Assembly: GCA_049320885.1 (NCBI GenBank)
Contig: JBMORA010000014.1
Span: forward strand, 1-64,000
Reading direction: 5' to 3'
From: Thermodesulfobacteriota bacterium
Lineage (GTDB): Bacteria; Desulfobacterota; Desulfobacteria; Desulfobacterales; SURF-7
DNA length: 64,000 nucleotides
The notes under the pieces were generated by a model. It searched no databases. It was not told where the DNA came from and saw only the letters and a program-made list of their open reading frames with translations. This document shows, in pieces, positions 26,244 to 37,282 of the stretch. The translations under genes were made by a program, and so were the position numbers. How positions within the stretch are numbered: position 1 is the first letter of the stretch; the number at the start of each line of letters is the position of its first letter.

Positions 26244-28766
26244 TCAGAGTACTGGTTTTGTTGTAAGCCGTTTGACAATCCGCATGCTTCGTATGGCGGT
26301 TTCATCCAAATGAAATATATGGCGAATGATTTCCGTTGGTCGGATCCACGGCCCATTGGCCGGCCGCAGGGTAAGGAACAGCCGGTCCGGTCGTTCCAGA
26401 CGGATACCGGTAATCATATCCGTAAGATTGATTTTTTGCAATGTTCCCTTTTGATTGCGGCGGGAGAGCAGGGCCGCTGGCTCCGAGCGGAATTGTTCCA
26501 GCAGAAGCGGGTCGAAAACCGACCCCGGCAGATGGATGTCGTATTCGAATTCCGGCTCCCGGGAGTTTTTGGCGGTCCCGGTTTCCAGGTGGCATTCCAA
26601 TATGCGAAGACCCTCCGGTAACTGGCGGTTCAGGGAGCGGATCATCCGTTCCGGCGACAGATGACGCTTGAGCATCATTGAAAAACCTTCCGACAGGCTT
26701 TCCATACCCAGAGGCAAGGGATTGTCAAAGGAAACCCTTGGTTTGGGATGGAATCCTTCCGAATATTTCAAGGGGATTTCCGCCCGTCGAAGGGCCCGGA
26801 AAACCATATTCACCAACTCCAGGTGACCAAAAAAGCGGGCATTGCCCGTCTTGGAGTAGATCAGTCGATAGACAAACCGTGTGTCACCGGGTTCATTTTC
26901 GATGGCAACCGGATCCGGAAGCGTCTCCGGAACGACGGCATGAACCTTGGGCGCCAACTGGATGAAATCACATACACCGCAATGATTGCATTCCCCGTTG
27001 CGACAGTCGGAGGTCGGCTCTTCCCTGAAAGCGCGCTGGCGTTCGGCGAGTAGAAAACTGCGTTCCACACCGCTGTCGATATGATCCCAGGGAAGGGGTT
27101 CTTCCGGAGATCGTAAGCGGGTGGTATAAAAAGCGACATCGATGCCGGCCTCCAGAAAGGATTCCCGCCACCGGGAATAGGAGAATTGATCCGACCAGCC
27201 GTCCAGGCGGCAGCCCTTGCGGAAAGCCGTGATCAACAGGTGGCTCAGCTTTCGATCCCCCCGGGCGAATAGGCCCTCCAGTACGCTCATTTCCGGATTT
27301 TGCCATCGGAGGGAAACACCGGGGAGCTGCAGCTGTCGTTTCAGCCAATGGATTTTTTCAAAGGCGGCATCCAATGGTATCTGGGCTTCCCACTGGAAGG
27401 GAACGTGCGGTTTGGGAATAAATGTGTTCACACTGACATTGATTTTTCGCTGTTGCTTTTTGGGACCGGGAAGATTGCGGATTTCCTGGACAAGCTGGAC
27501 GATTTCCTGCAGGTCCGCTTCCGTTTCCGTCGGCAGACCGATCATGAAATACAGTTTGATAACCTGCCAGCCCAGTGCATAGGCATCCTGAACCGTGGCG
27601 ATGATATCTTCCCGCCGGATGTTTTTGTTGATGACATCCCGCAACCGCTGGGAACCGGCTTCCGGCGCTATGGTAAAGCCGGTCTTCCGGACTTTTCGGA
27701 TCAATTCCATCATGGTGGGGGTAATGGTGCCGGCCCGCAGGGAAGGAAGGGATACGGCAATATGGCGATGGGCATACCGCTGCATGAGAATATCCAAGAG
27801 CGGGATCAGGCAACCATAATCTCCGGTGCTGAGGGACAGAAGGGAAATGTCCTCGTATCCGGTGGAGCGAAGAGCCTGTTCCACAAGCTGGAGAAGGCGG
27901 TTCAGGGATCGTTCCCTTACCGGCCGGTAGATAACGCCGGCCTGGCAGAAACGACACCCCCGTGTGCACCCGCGAGATAGCTCCAGGCGCAGCCGGTCAT
28001 GCACCGGACGGCCGAAAGGAATCACCGGGCTCTCGGGAAAGGAGCTGCGATCCAGGTCGGGAATGATTGCCCGCCGGATCGGACGATGGAGGGGGGAGTT
28101 GCCCGTAATGTAAGGGAACCCGGCATGGTCATAAGCGATGTCGAACAGGGACGGTATGTATACGCCATCCAGCCGGGACAGGGCCATGAGCAGACTCCGT
28201 TTGTTCCGGCCATCCTGCTGTTTCCAATCCAGAAAAATCCGCAGTATCTCCGGCAGGACAATTTCAGCCTCACCGATGACCATGGCGTCAAAAAAATCTG
28301 CCACCGGTTCCGGATTACAGGTCGCCGGTCCTCCGGCAATGATGAGCGGGTAAGAAACATCCCGTTCCCTGGACAGAAAAGGGATCCCGGCGAGATCCAG
28401 CATGGTCAGGATGTTGGTGTAATTCAATTCGTAAAGCAAGCTGAAACCGATGATATCAAATTCCATCAGAGGGCGATGGGATTCCAGGGAAACGAGCGGT
28501 GTTCCCGTTTTTCGCAGAATGGTTTCCAAATCCGCAGCGGGTGTGAAAACCCGTTCAGCGACCATGTTTTCTCTTCGGTTGATCAGATCGTACAGGATCT
28601 GCAGACCGAAATGGGAGGTGCCGATTTCATACAGATCGGGGAAAGCCAGAAGGACGGTCAAGTCCATTTTGTTTAATTCTTTGTGAAAGCTGTTGATTTC
28701 CGAGCCAAGATACTGGCTGGGTTTTTCCACAAAGGGGAGCAAATCTTGAATCAATGTTTCAACCAT
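26244..28766 (-). CDS. TIGR03960-type radical SAM protein fused to a TIGR03936 (DUF2344) domain
   Basis: Motifs FPDLYEIGTSH, RGCTRGCRFCQAG, APEAGSQRLR and LPWDHID. C-terminal YSK...RFFGHLE...RALRRA...YSEGFHPKP. Confidence 0.88.
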   Translation of the reverse strand: MVETLIQDLLPFVEKPSQYLGSEINSFHKELNKMDLTVLLAFPDLYEIGTSHFGLQILYDLINRRENMVAERVFTPAADLETILRKTGTPLVSLESHRPLMEFDIIGFSLLYELNYTNILTMLDLAGIPFLSRERDVSYPLIIAGGPATCNPEPVADFFDAMVIGEAEIVLPEILRIFLDWKQQDGRNKRSLLMALSRLDGVYIPSLFDIAYDHAGFPYITGNSPLHRPIRRAIIPDLDRSSFPESPVIPFGRPVHDRLRLELSRGCTRGCRFCQAGVIYRPVRERSLNRLLQLVEQALRSTGYEDISLLSLSTGDYGCLIPLLDILMQRYAHRHIAVSLPSLRAGTITPTMMELIRKVRKTGFTIAPEAGSQRLRDVINKNIRREDIIATVQDAYALGWQVIKLYFMIGLPTETEADLQEIVQLVQEIRNLPGPKKQQRKINVSVNTFIPKPHVPFQWEAQIPLDAAFEKIHWLKRQLQLPGVSLRWQNPEMSVLEGLFARGDRKLSHLLITAFRKGCRLDGWSDQFSYSRWRESFLEAGIDVAFYTTRLRSPEEPLPWDHIDSGVERSFLLAERQRAFREEPTSDCRNGECNHCGVCDFIQLAPKVHAVVPETLPDPVAIENEPGDTRFVYRLIYSKTGNARFFGHLELVNMVFRALRRAEIPLKYSEGFHPKPRVSFDNPLPLGMESLSEGFSMMLKRHLSPERMIRSLNRQLPEGLRILECHLETGTAKNSREPEFEYDIHLPGSVFDPLLLEQFRSEPAALLSRRNQKGTLQKINLTDMITGIRLERPDRLFLTLRPANGPWIRPTEIIRHIFHLDETAIRSMRIVKRLTTKPVL

Positions 28767-28913
28767 GGTAATAGCTCGATCATTATGACGCGAACGGTCC
28801 ATACAAGCGCCTATGGCCAAAGGAAGGACGCGTTTTCCGATCCAAAGGCGGAGGCTGCGGTTAACCCGATCAGCCGAATGCATTTTCGGTGTAACCGATC
28901 AAATTTATTTTTT

Positions 28914-30326
28914 ATGACAAAATATTGCACAAAAAACAATCCAGGAATTTGTTTTCAACAGATCGCCTTTGTCGTGGCCACGATGCTGCTTCTCAGCCTT
29001 GGATTTCCGGTTCAGGGATGGTCCTATCCCCGCCGGGATGCGGTGGTCACTGCCGTGGAAACCGTAAGCCCGGCGGTTGTGAACATCAGCTCGGAATATG
29101 AAGTCGAAAGACAGGTCAACCCGTTTCAAGGATTCGGCATCAGCCCGCATTTCGATAGTTTTTTCAAGGATTTTTTTGATCACGGCTATGAACAGCGTTA
29201 CAAGCGCAACAGTCTTGGATCCGGGGTGATCATCGACGGCCGGCGGGGTTACATATTGACCAACGCCCATGTGATTGTTAAATCCGCGACCATTACGGTT
29301 ACCTTGAAAGATGAGCGCGAATTCAAAGCCCAAGTGATCGGTGCGGACCCGGAAACGGATCTGGCTGTCCTGCGCATTGTTTCGGATGCTTCCCTGCCGG
29401 CCATCGCCATGGGAAATTCCGATGACCTGATGATCGGCGAGACGGTGATCGCCATCGGAAATCCCTTTGGGTTCACCAATACGGTCACAACCGGTGTCAT
29501 CAGTGCGGTCAACCGCAGCATCAAAGCCGAAGATCGCGTATTTCATGATTTTATTCAGACGGACGCCTCCATCAACCCGGGAAACAGCGGCGGTCCCCTG
29601 CTGAATATCAACGGGGAGCTAATTGGCATCAACACGGCCATTTATGCCAATGCCCAGGGAATCGGTTTCGCCATCCCCATCAATAAAGCCCGGCGTATTG
29701 TCAACGATCTGATTCGTTTTGGAGAGGTAATTCAGGCCTGGACGGGCATTGATGTGCAGGACCTGGATCATCGCTTGGCCAGTTATTTGAATCTGGCGGA
29801 CAACAAAGGCGTTGTGGTCATCGCCGTGGAGCCGGAAAGCCCTGCCCGGCAGGCTGGCATGCTGGAAGGCGATATCATTTTGGCTGTTGCCGACCGAAAG
29901 ATCGAATCCCTGGAGCAGTACCAGTCCATCATCAACGGCATACCTGCCGGAGAAACGGTCCCGTTGATGCTTCTACGGCAAGGCAAACAAATGACCGTTA
30001 CCCTTGAAACCAGGGCCTATCCAATTGAAAATGCCGATAAGTTGGCAGAAAAACTGTTGGGGGTCCGGGTGATGAATCGATCCGGAAAACCACCCGGAAG
30101 CCGGCCCAGCCCCGCCGAAGGCGTTGAGATCACCGATATCCGGAGAAACTCCTATCTGGATAGAATCGGTGTTCGACCCGGTGATGTAATCCGGCAGATC
30201 GATGAAATCAATATCCGGAATCTTGCGGATTTTCATAAGGCGATTATCAAGTACCGGTTGAAAAAATCACTGGTGATCCTGCTGCAGCGCGGCGGCCGGG
30301 GATATTATCTCAGTGTCGAATTGTGA
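28914..30326 (+). CDS. HtrA/DegP (Do family) serine protease with two PDZ domains
   Basis: Signal peptide; catalytic triad motifs TNAHV, TDLAVL and GNSGG; also IQTDASINPG. Confidence 0.93.
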   Translation: MTKYCTKNNPGICFQQIAFVVATMLLLSLGFPVQGWSYPRRDAVVTAVETVSPAVVNISSEYEVERQVNPFQGFGISPHFDSFFKDFFDHGYEQRYKRNSLGSGVIIDGRRGYILTNAHVIVKSATITVTLKDEREFKAQVIGADPETDLAVLRIVSDASLPAIAMGNSDDLMIGETVIAIGNPFGFTNTVTTGVISAVNRSIKAEDRVFHDFIQTDASINPGNSGGPLLNINGELIGINTAIYANAQGIGFAIPINKARRIVNDLIRFGEVIQAWTGIDVQDLDHRLASYLNLADNKGVVVIAVEPESPARQAGMLEGDIILAVADRKIESLEQYQSIINGIPAGETVPLMLLRQGKQMTVTLETRAYPIENADKLAEKLLGVRVMNRSGKPPGSRPSPAEGVEITDIRRNSYLDRIGVRPGDVIRQIDEINIRNLADFHKAIIKYRLKKSLVILLQRGGRGYYLSVEL

Positions 30327-30393
30327 TTTTCGGCCATGGGGCGCGGGCTCCCTCTGACCCAATGAAGACATTGTAACAAGAAGGTGTTGCCGG

Positions 30394-31788
30394 ATGGACA
30401 GGAGAAAAATGCGGATCAGAATAAAACAGCTCCTCAAGGCCATGGACGCGCGTCCCGGTGTTTTTCTTCAAGGGTGGGTCAAGACGCGTCGTGATTCAAA
30501 AGGCTTTTCATTCATTGAGATGAACGACGGATCCTGTCTGCAGAACCTGCAAGTGGTAGCGGATCAAACCCTTGGCAATTATGATCAGGTGAACAGACTG
30601 ACCACGGGATCCTCGATTTCCGTTTACGGCGATTTGGTCGAATCGCCCGGCGGGGGGCAGCAATGGGAATTGCGTGCCAGGGAGATCGGGATCATCCAGT
30701 CGGCACCCGAGTCTTATCCGCTACAGAAAAAACGTCACAGTGACGAATACCTGCGGACCATCGCGCATTTGCGGCCCAGGACCAACAAATACGGGGCCGC
30801 CTTTCGGGTCCGTTCCGCCCTTTCCTGGGCGGTTCACCGATTTTTCCAGGAGCGGGATTTTGTATATGTGCATACCCCCATCCTGACGGGTTCGGATTGC
30901 GAAGGAGCGGGGGAGCTGTTCCAGGTCACCACCCTGAACCTGGAGCAGCTTCCGCGCAGCAACGGCGTTGTGGACTATTCCGCTGATTTTTTCGGCAGGA
31001 CGGCCAACCTGACGGTGTCCGGTCAATTATCCGCGGAAATGTTCGCCCTCGCCCTGGGGGATGTATACACTTTCGGACCGACATTTCGCGCAGAAAACTC
31101 CAACACATCCCGGCATGCGGCCGAATTCTGGATGATCGAGCCGGAAATGGCCTTTTGCGACTTGCAGGGCAATATGGAGGTGGCGGAAACATTCCTCCAA
31201 TATCTCGTTCAGTACGCACTGGAGAATTGCCGGGACGATCTGGAGCTGTTCGCCCGGTTTGTGGACAAACAGTTGCTGGGCACCTTGGAAACCATCCGGG
31301 ATACGGACTTTGTCAGAATTCCCTACCGGGAGGCCGTGGGGATTTTGAGCAAATGCGGCGTTCCGTTTGAATTCCCGGTGGAATTCGGCAGGGACTTGCA
31401 GTCCGAACATGAGCGCTTTCTGACGGAACAGCATGTGAAGGGTCCGGTGATTCTCTTCGACTACCCCAAAACCATCAAGCCGTTTTACATGCGTCTCAAC
31501 GATGATGGCGAAACCGTGGCGGCCATGGATATCCTGGTTCCCGGGATCGGTGAGATCATCGGCGGCAGTCAGCGGGAGGAGCGACTGGAGGTGCTGGAAG
31601 CGCGAATGGATGCAGCCGGGCTCCCGAAAGAGCCCTACGGGTGGTACCTGGACTCAAGGCGATACGGCTCGGTACCCCATAGTGGTTTCGGACTTGGGTT
31701 TGAGCGGCTGATCATGCTGGTTACCGGAATCAACAACATCCGGGATGTGATTCCATTCCCCCGCACACCGAATCATCTTTCATTCTAG
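30394..31788 (+). CDS. asnS: Asparagine--tRNA ligase
   Basis: Motifs [44 protein letters not shown] and [11 protein letters not shown]. Confidence 0.96.
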   Translation: MDRRKMRIRIKQLLKAMDARPGVFLQGWVKTRRDSKGFSFIEMNDGSCLQNLQVVADQTLGNYDQVNRLTTGSSISVYGDLVESPGGGQQWELRAREIGIIQSAPESYPLQKKRHSDEYLRTIAHLRPRTNKYGAAFRVRSALSWAVHRFFQERDFVYVHTPILTGSDCEGAGELFQVTTLNLEQLPRSNGVVDYSADFFGRTANLTVSGQLSAEMFALALGDVYTFGPTFRAENSNTSRHAAEFWMIEPEMAFCDLQGNMEVAETFLQYLVQYALENCRDDLELFARFVDKQLLGTLETIRDTDFVRIPYREAVGILSKCGVPFEFPVEFGRDLQSEHERFLTEQHVKGPVILFDYPKTIKPFYMRLNDDGETVAAMDILVPGIGEIIGGSQREERLEVLEARMDAAGLPKEPYGWYLDSRRYGSVPHSGFGLGFERLIMLVTGINNIRDVIPFPRTPNHLSF

Positions 31789-31846
31789 GAAGTCGGAACG
31801 GAAAGCCGTCGGCAAGGGCCTTGACCGAAAAACGGCGTCCGATGCG

Positions 31847-32620
31847 TCAGCGCCAGCAAAGATCAAATTGCCGGGTTTCCGGTTCCGGCGGATCGGCGCC
31901 TCCGACCGGAAAGGTTCTTTCCACCATCCGGACCGTCAAATCCTTGCGGATCAAAACGAGCGAAGAACTGCGCGTGCCGTAAACATTGCTGGTGATGAAA
32001 CGCGGAGCCAAAAGCCGTTCCCAGACGGGCCCGACGCCGGTGTCGGGAAGTTGCTCCGGGGGGGGGGGCGTGCGGTCGCCGAGAAGCCGGAATAACGCCT
32101 CTTCGTCAATCGCGTCCGTTCGGATCAGTCGTTCCAGTTCGGCTTTTCCGCCGGTAACCTTGGGCCAGGGGGTGTCCATCAGATGGTTGCTGATACCGTG
32201 AATTCCGGGTGGAACCCGCAAAATGCCGGGTCCGCGGTTGGAGTAATACCAAAGGGCGTTTATATCTCCCACCAGCAGGTTGAATCCGTTGTATACTGCG
32301 TCCATGGCCGCCACACGGGAAAGATGGGCCTCCGCATCCAACTCTGTTTCCAAAAAATCCCGCACCAATGCTCCCCGGGAGGGAGCCCGGGAATTGACCG
32401 ACTCCGGCTCCCGGAAGTTGGTGAGTGCGGCCAGGCGTCCCCGGCGGGTTACTCCCAACCAGGTCCCCCGGGCCTTGAGATCCCTTCCGGCCAGCAGGGC
32501 CGGTTTGTCCGGCCAAAAATGGAGCGGAAGGGTGGGACGATCATGAAATTCATCCCGATTGGCCGCCAAGATCAGGCGGAAGTCCGGATGATGATCATAG
32601 GCAAAAAGGATCAGGCACAT
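31847..32620 (-). CDS. NRDE/TANGO2 family protein (Ntn-hydrolase fold)
   Basis: N-terminal MCL, plus AANRDEF, GTWLG, SRG.LV, NGFNL and YGTRSS. Confidence 0.92.
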   Translation of the reverse strand: MCLILFAYDHHPDFRLILAANRDEFHDRPTLPLHFWPDKPALLAGRDLKARGTWLGVTRRGRLAALTNFREPESVNSRAPSRGALVRDFLETELDAEAHLSRVAAMDAVYNGFNLLVGDINALWYYSNRGPGILRVPPGIHGISNHLMDTPWPKVTGGKAELERLIRTDAIDEEALFRLLGDRTPPPPEQLPDTGVGPVWERLLAPRFITSNVYGTRSSSLVLIRKDLTVRMVERTFPVGGADPPEPETRQFDLCWR

Positions 32621-32806
32621 GGGGGTTCTTGGGATTGACCTTATGGTCGCTTCTGTGATATCAGATATTCTTTTGGAACAAATGATTTCATGCGGTTACT
32701 TGCCGGCGGCGTTCGACGCCCCCGGGCTGGTTCCCGGCATGAATCCGGCCGATTTCTAAGATATGTCCATACCGAAGTATTTTCGATAAATCAACAAGGA
32801 GGAAAC

Positions 32807-34093
32807 ATGAAAGAAGTGGTGGTTGTGAGTGGTTCCCGAACCGCTATCGGTGCTTTCGGCGGCTCCCTGAAAGAAGTCCCCGTGGTTGATCTGGGTGCCC
32901 TGGTGATGAAGGCTGTCCTGAAAAAGGCCGGGCTGCGGCCAACAGCCGGAGAAGAACTGAAGGCCGCGGCGCCTGAAAAGTTGAAGAACCAAGGCCTGAT
33001 CGACCTGGAAAAACGGTATGACGATTGGGATAAGGCCCTGCAACCGGTGGTCATTGATGAGGTGATCATGGGGAACGTATTACAGGCCGGCCAGGGACAA
33101 AATACGGCGCGTCAGGCAATGATCCGCGCCGGAATACCCAAGGAGACACCTGCCCAAACGACCAATAAAATCTGCGGGTCCGGTCTCAAGGCCATCGCTC
33201 TCGGCGCCACGGCGATCATGGCGGGTCAGGCAGATGTCGTTCTGGCCGGCGGCCAGGAAAATATGAGCCTCGCACCCATGTCCCTGCCGAAGGCCAGATG
33301 GGGATATCGCATGGAGCTGACTGGTTCCGGGGAAGTGAATGACCTCATGGTGATGGATGGGCTGTTTGAGATTTTTTACGGTTATCACATGGGGCAGACA
33401 GCTGAGAATATAGCGGATTTATACGGAATCAGCCGTGAGGAGCAGGATGCATTGGGAGTTTTGAGTCATAACCGGGCCATGGCCGCGATTAAAAGCGGCA
33501 TTTTCGCTGAGGAAATCGTTCCGGTGGTGATCCGTTCCCGCAAGGGGGACACGGTGTTCGACACGGACGAGCGTCCCATGGAAACCAGCTTGGAGAAAAT
33601 GGCCAAGCTGAAACCGGCCTTCCGCAAGGACGGCTCGGTGACCGCGGGGAATGCCTCGGGAATCAATGATGCCGCCGCCGCCGTGCTGCTGATGAGCGCT
33701 GAAAAAGCAAAAGCCATGGGACTGCAACCCATTGTCAAGATCAAAGGTTTCAGCTCCGGTGGTCTTGACCCGGCCTATATGGGTTTGGGGCCGGTGCCGG
33801 CGGTGCATAAAGTGTTGAAGTCCACCGGCATGCGCCTTGGGGATATCCAAATGATTGAATTGAACGAAGCCTTTGCCGCCCAAGCCATCGGCTGCTGTCG
33901 AGAGCTCGGCCTTGATCCGGAAAAGCCCAATGAACTGGGCAGCGGGATTTCCCTCGGACATCCCATCGGTTGCACCGGAGCAAGGCAAATGGTCAGCGGT
34001 ATGTATCAGATGCAGCGCCGGGGATACAATACCGGCCTGATTTCCATGTGCATAGGCGGCGGTATGGGTATGGCCATGATCATCGAGAGGTAG
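32807..34093 (+). CDS. Acetyl-CoA C-acetyltransferase (thiolase)
   Basis: Motifs CGSG, NEAF, GHPIGCTGAR and CIGGG. SD AAGGAGG. Confidence 0.95.
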   Translation: MKEVVVVSGSRTAIGAFGGSLKEVPVVDLGALVMKAVLKKAGLRPTAGEELKAAAPEKLKNQGLIDLEKRYDDWDKALQPVVIDEVIMGNVLQAGQGQNTARQAMIRAGIPKETPAQTTNKICGSGLKAIALGATAIMAGQADVVLAGGQENMSLAPMSLPKARWGYRMELTGSGEVNDLMVMDGLFEIFYGYHMGQTAENIADLYGISREEQDALGVLSHNRAMAAIKSGIFAEEIVPVVIRSRKGDTVFDTDERPMETSLEKMAKLKPAFRKDGSVTAGNASGINDAAAAVLLMSAEKAKAMGLQPIVKIKGFSSGGLDPAYMGLGPVPAVHKVLKSTGMRLGDIQMIELNEAFAAQAIGCCRELGLDPEKPNELGSGISLGHPIGCTGARQMVSGMYQMQRRGYNTGLISMCIGGGMGMAMIIER

Positions 34094-34383
34094 GCGCTTC
34101 CCGGGGAACAATGCCGATCGATATCGGCAACCGATTGGTTTGACACGGTACCCGGTGGTGGCCCAACGAAGGAAAACCACCATCGGGACCGCACCCGGAA
34201 ACCATCAGCGTTCATGGGATCCGGAGCGTGCCGGCGGTTACTTTTTTTCTTTACTTCCTGATGGGTTGTTGCTAAAAACGGGAGGGTTTTTACGGCGGAC
34301 TCCGCCCAACGAAACCGGTATGATTCCATGGTGTGTAACCGGGCGCTTGACCGCCGAAAGAAGGAACGGGAGATGTATCGATC

Positions 34384-34539
34384 ATGAGCATAAGCAGAAA
34401 ACTCGGCATTCTGGTGTTTTTCATGGTGCCGGCCATTATCGGAGGGGGCATTGTCTATCACGCATTTCACGATTATACCCCGGTCGTGATATACGAGTTG
34501 ATCCTCTATCTTTTCGCCGGCAGCCTGATCAGCAAATAA
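34384..34539 (+). CDS. Small two-helix membrane protein, 51 aa (absent from ORF track)
   Basis: Manual translation MSISRKLGILVFFMVPAIIGGGIVYHAFHDYTPVVIYELILYLFAGSLISK*. Upstream GGGAG. Confidence 0.6.
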   Translation: MSISRKLGILVFFMVPAIIGGGIVYHAFHDYTPVVIYELILYLFAGSLISK

Positions 34540-34736
34540 AGACCGGCTGCCGAGAACCGGCAATCATCGTTTCGTAACGCCGAAATCCCTGCTGTCTGAT
34601 TGGCGTCCATTCCGGATGGCGGGGATTGTTGTTTGTTTGGTCTCCGTAACAGATTACAACATCCGCTGCAAACTGGCCCGCCCCCCGGCCGCTGCGATCA
34701 TAATGTAGGGTAACTTCTTTTAGGATCACAACAATT

Positions 34737-37247
34737 ATGACTGAGATGGAAAAACAGCCTGAAATCAGCATTGATCGTGAAATGAAACGCTCGTATCTGG
34801 ATTATGCCATGAGCGTTATCATCGGCCGCGCGCTTCCGGATGTGCGCGACGGACTGAAACCGGTCCACCGCAGGGTTTTGTTTGCCATGCGGGAAATGAA
34901 AAACGACTGGAACAAACCCTATAAAAAGTCCGCCCGCATTGTCGGTGATGTCATCGGTAAATACCATCCCCACGGGGATACGGCGGTTTACGACACGATC
35001 GTTCGGATGGCCCAGGATTTTTCCATGCGCTATCCCCTGGTGGACGGCCAGGGAAACTTCGGTTCGGTTGACGGCGATTCCCCTGCGGCCATGCGTTATA
35101 CGGAAGTGCGCATGACCCGCCTGGCCCATGAACTGCTCGCTGATCTGGACAAGGAGACGGTGGATTTCATCCCCAATTACGACGAGTCCCTGACCGAACC
35201 CACGGTGCTGCCGACCAAGATTCCGGCCCTTCTGGTGAACGGCTCCTCCGGTATCGCCGTCGGCATGGCCACCAATATTCCGCCCCATAATCTATCCGAA
35301 GTCGTCGCAGCCCTCAAGGCCCTGATCGAAAACCCGGATCTGACCTGGCAGGAACTGATGGCGTATATCCCCGGCCCCGACTTTCCTTCCGGCGGCATGA
35401 TCTACGGCACCAGGGGGATTTACGAAGCCTACGGAACCGGCCGGGGAATCATCCGCATGCGCGGGCGCATCCTGATCGAAACCGATCGCCAGACCAAAGC
35501 CGAAACCCTGGTGGTAACGGAGATCCCCTACCAGATCAACAAGGCCAGGCTCATCGAAAAAATCGCCAGCATGGTCAAAAACAAGGAAATCGAGGGTATC
35601 CGTTATGTGCGGGACGAATCGGATCGAGAGGGCATGCGGATCGCCATCGGACTGAAAAAAGATCAAATGGCCCAGGTGGTCATCAATCAACTTTACAAGC
35701 ATACGCCGCTCGAAAGCAGTTTCGGCATCATTTTTCTCGCGGTGGTCAATAAAAGCCCTGAAGTCCTCAGTTTGAAGGAGGCGCTGGAATATTTCATCCT
35801 GCACCGCAAGGAAATCATCGTCCGGCGAACCCGCTACGACCTTGCGAAAGCCGAGGAAAGGGCCCACATCCTGGAAGGATTGAAGATCGCCCTGGAAAAT
35901 CTGGACGATGTGGTGGCCTTGATCCGTGCGTCCAAGTCGCCGGCGGAAGCAAAGAGCGGGTTGATGGAGCGGTTTCAATTGACGGATATCCAGGCCCAGG
36001 CGATTCTGGATATGCGCCTTCAGCGCCTTACCGGGCTTGAGCAGGAAAAAATCCTGGAGGAATACCAGAACGTCCTGAAAGACATCCAGCGTTTCAAGGA
36101 GATTTTGTCAAGCGACCGCCTGGTCCTGGAGATCGTCAAGGAGGAGTTGACGGAAATTCAAAATGAATACAGTGATCCCCGGCGAACGGAAATCGTTCAG
36201 GATACCCGGGAAATTACGATGGAGGATATGATCGCGGAAGAAGACATGGTGGTGACCATCTCCAGCCGGGGGTATATCAAACGAAATCCGATTACGCTAT
36301 ATCAGCAGCAGCGTCGCGGCGGAAAGGGAAAGACCGCCATGGGTACCGCGGAGGAAGATTTCGTCGAACATCTGTTCGTGGCTTCCACCCATCATCATTT
36401 TCTGTTTTTTACGAACCTGGGGAAAGCCTATTGGTGCAAGGTGTATGATATTCCCCAGGCCGGCCGGGCGAGCCACGGGAAGGCCATCGTGAACCTGCTG
36501 AACTTCGAGGAGAAGGAATTCCTGACAACGGTTCTGGCGGTTCCGGCTTTTGAACCGGGATATCATATCATCATGGCCACGCGCAACGGCACCATCAAAA
36601 AAACCGACCTGATGGCGTTCAGCCGGCCCCGATCGGGAGGCCTCATCGCCCTTGAATTGGTGGATGGCGACGAGTTGATCAAGGCGCGGATCACCGACGG
36701 CAGCATGAACGTGTTTTTGGGTTCGGCCAGGGGGAAGTCCATCCGCTTTCATGAGTCGGATGTGCGTCCCACCGGAAGAATGGCCCGGGGTGTACGCGGA
36801 ATGAGTCTGTCACAGGATGATTGGCTGGTGGGAATGGAGGTGCTGAGCCATGGAAAGACCTTGTTTACCGCCACCGAGAATGGGTTCGGCAAACGCACTT
36901 CCATTGATGAGTACCCACTGCAGCAACGCGGAGGTAAAGGCGTCATCACCATCAAGACCAGCGTTCGGAACGGAAATGTTGTTGCCCTTCTCCTGGTGGA
37001 GGATGAGGATGATGTGATGATCATGACCGGAAACGGCAAGTTGATCCGCATTGCCATACGGGATGTCTCGGTGATCAGCCGCAATACCCAGGGCGTCAAG
37101 TTGATAGAACTGGATTCCGGAGAGCGGGTGATGGGGGCGGCCAGGCTTGTTGAAAGAGAAGAGGAAAGCGCATCGGCGGAGACAGGTCCCACCATAGCAC
37201 CGGAAGCACAGGCTGGAGGGGAAACGGCGCCGGAAGTCGAAGAATAA
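34737..37247 (+). CDS. gyrA: DNA gyrase subunit A
   Basis: Motifs [29 protein letters not shown] and GyrA-box QRRGGKG. Confidence 0.98.
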   Translation: MTEMEKQPEISIDREMKRSYLDYAMSVIIGRALPDVRDGLKPVHRRVLFAMREMKNDWNKPYKKSARIVGDVIGKYHPHGDTAVYDTIVRMAQDFSMRYPLVDGQGNFGSVDGDSPAAMRYTEVRMTRLAHELLADLDKETVDFIPNYDESLTEPTVLPTKIPALLVNGSSGIAVGMATNIPPHNLSEVVAALKALIENPDLTWQELMAYIPGPDFPSGGMIYGTRGIYEAYGTGRGIIRMRGRILIETDRQTKAETLVVTEIPYQINKARLIEKIASMVKNKEIEGIRYVRDESDREGMRIAIGLKKDQMAQVVINQLYKHTPLESSFGIIFLAVVNKSPEVLSLKEALEYFILHRKEIIVRRTRYDLAKAEERAHILEGLKIALENLDDVVALIRASKSPAEAKSGLMERFQLTDIQAQAILDMRLQRLTGLEQEKILEEYQNVLKDIQRFKEILSSDRLVLEIVKEELTEIQNEYSDPRRTEIVQDTREITMEDMIAEEDMVVTISSRGYIKRNPITLYQQQRRGGKGKTAMGTAEEDFVEHLFVASTHHHFLFFTNLGKAYWCKVYDIPQAGRASHGKAIVNLLNFEEKEFLTTVLAVPAFEPGYHIIMATRNGTIKKTDLMAFSRPRSGGLIALELVDGDELIKARITDGSMNVFLGSARGKSIRFHESDVRPTGRMARGVRGMSLSQDDWLVGMEVLSHGKTLFTATENGFGKRTSIDEYPLQQRGGKGVITIKTSVRNGNVVALLLVEDEDDVMIMTGNGKLIRIAIRDVSVISRNTQGVKLIELDSGERVMGAARLVEREEESASAETGPTIAPEAQAGGETAPEVEE

Positions 37248-37282
37248 GACGGCGCGGCAGGCGCCATGGAGCGAACCAAGCC

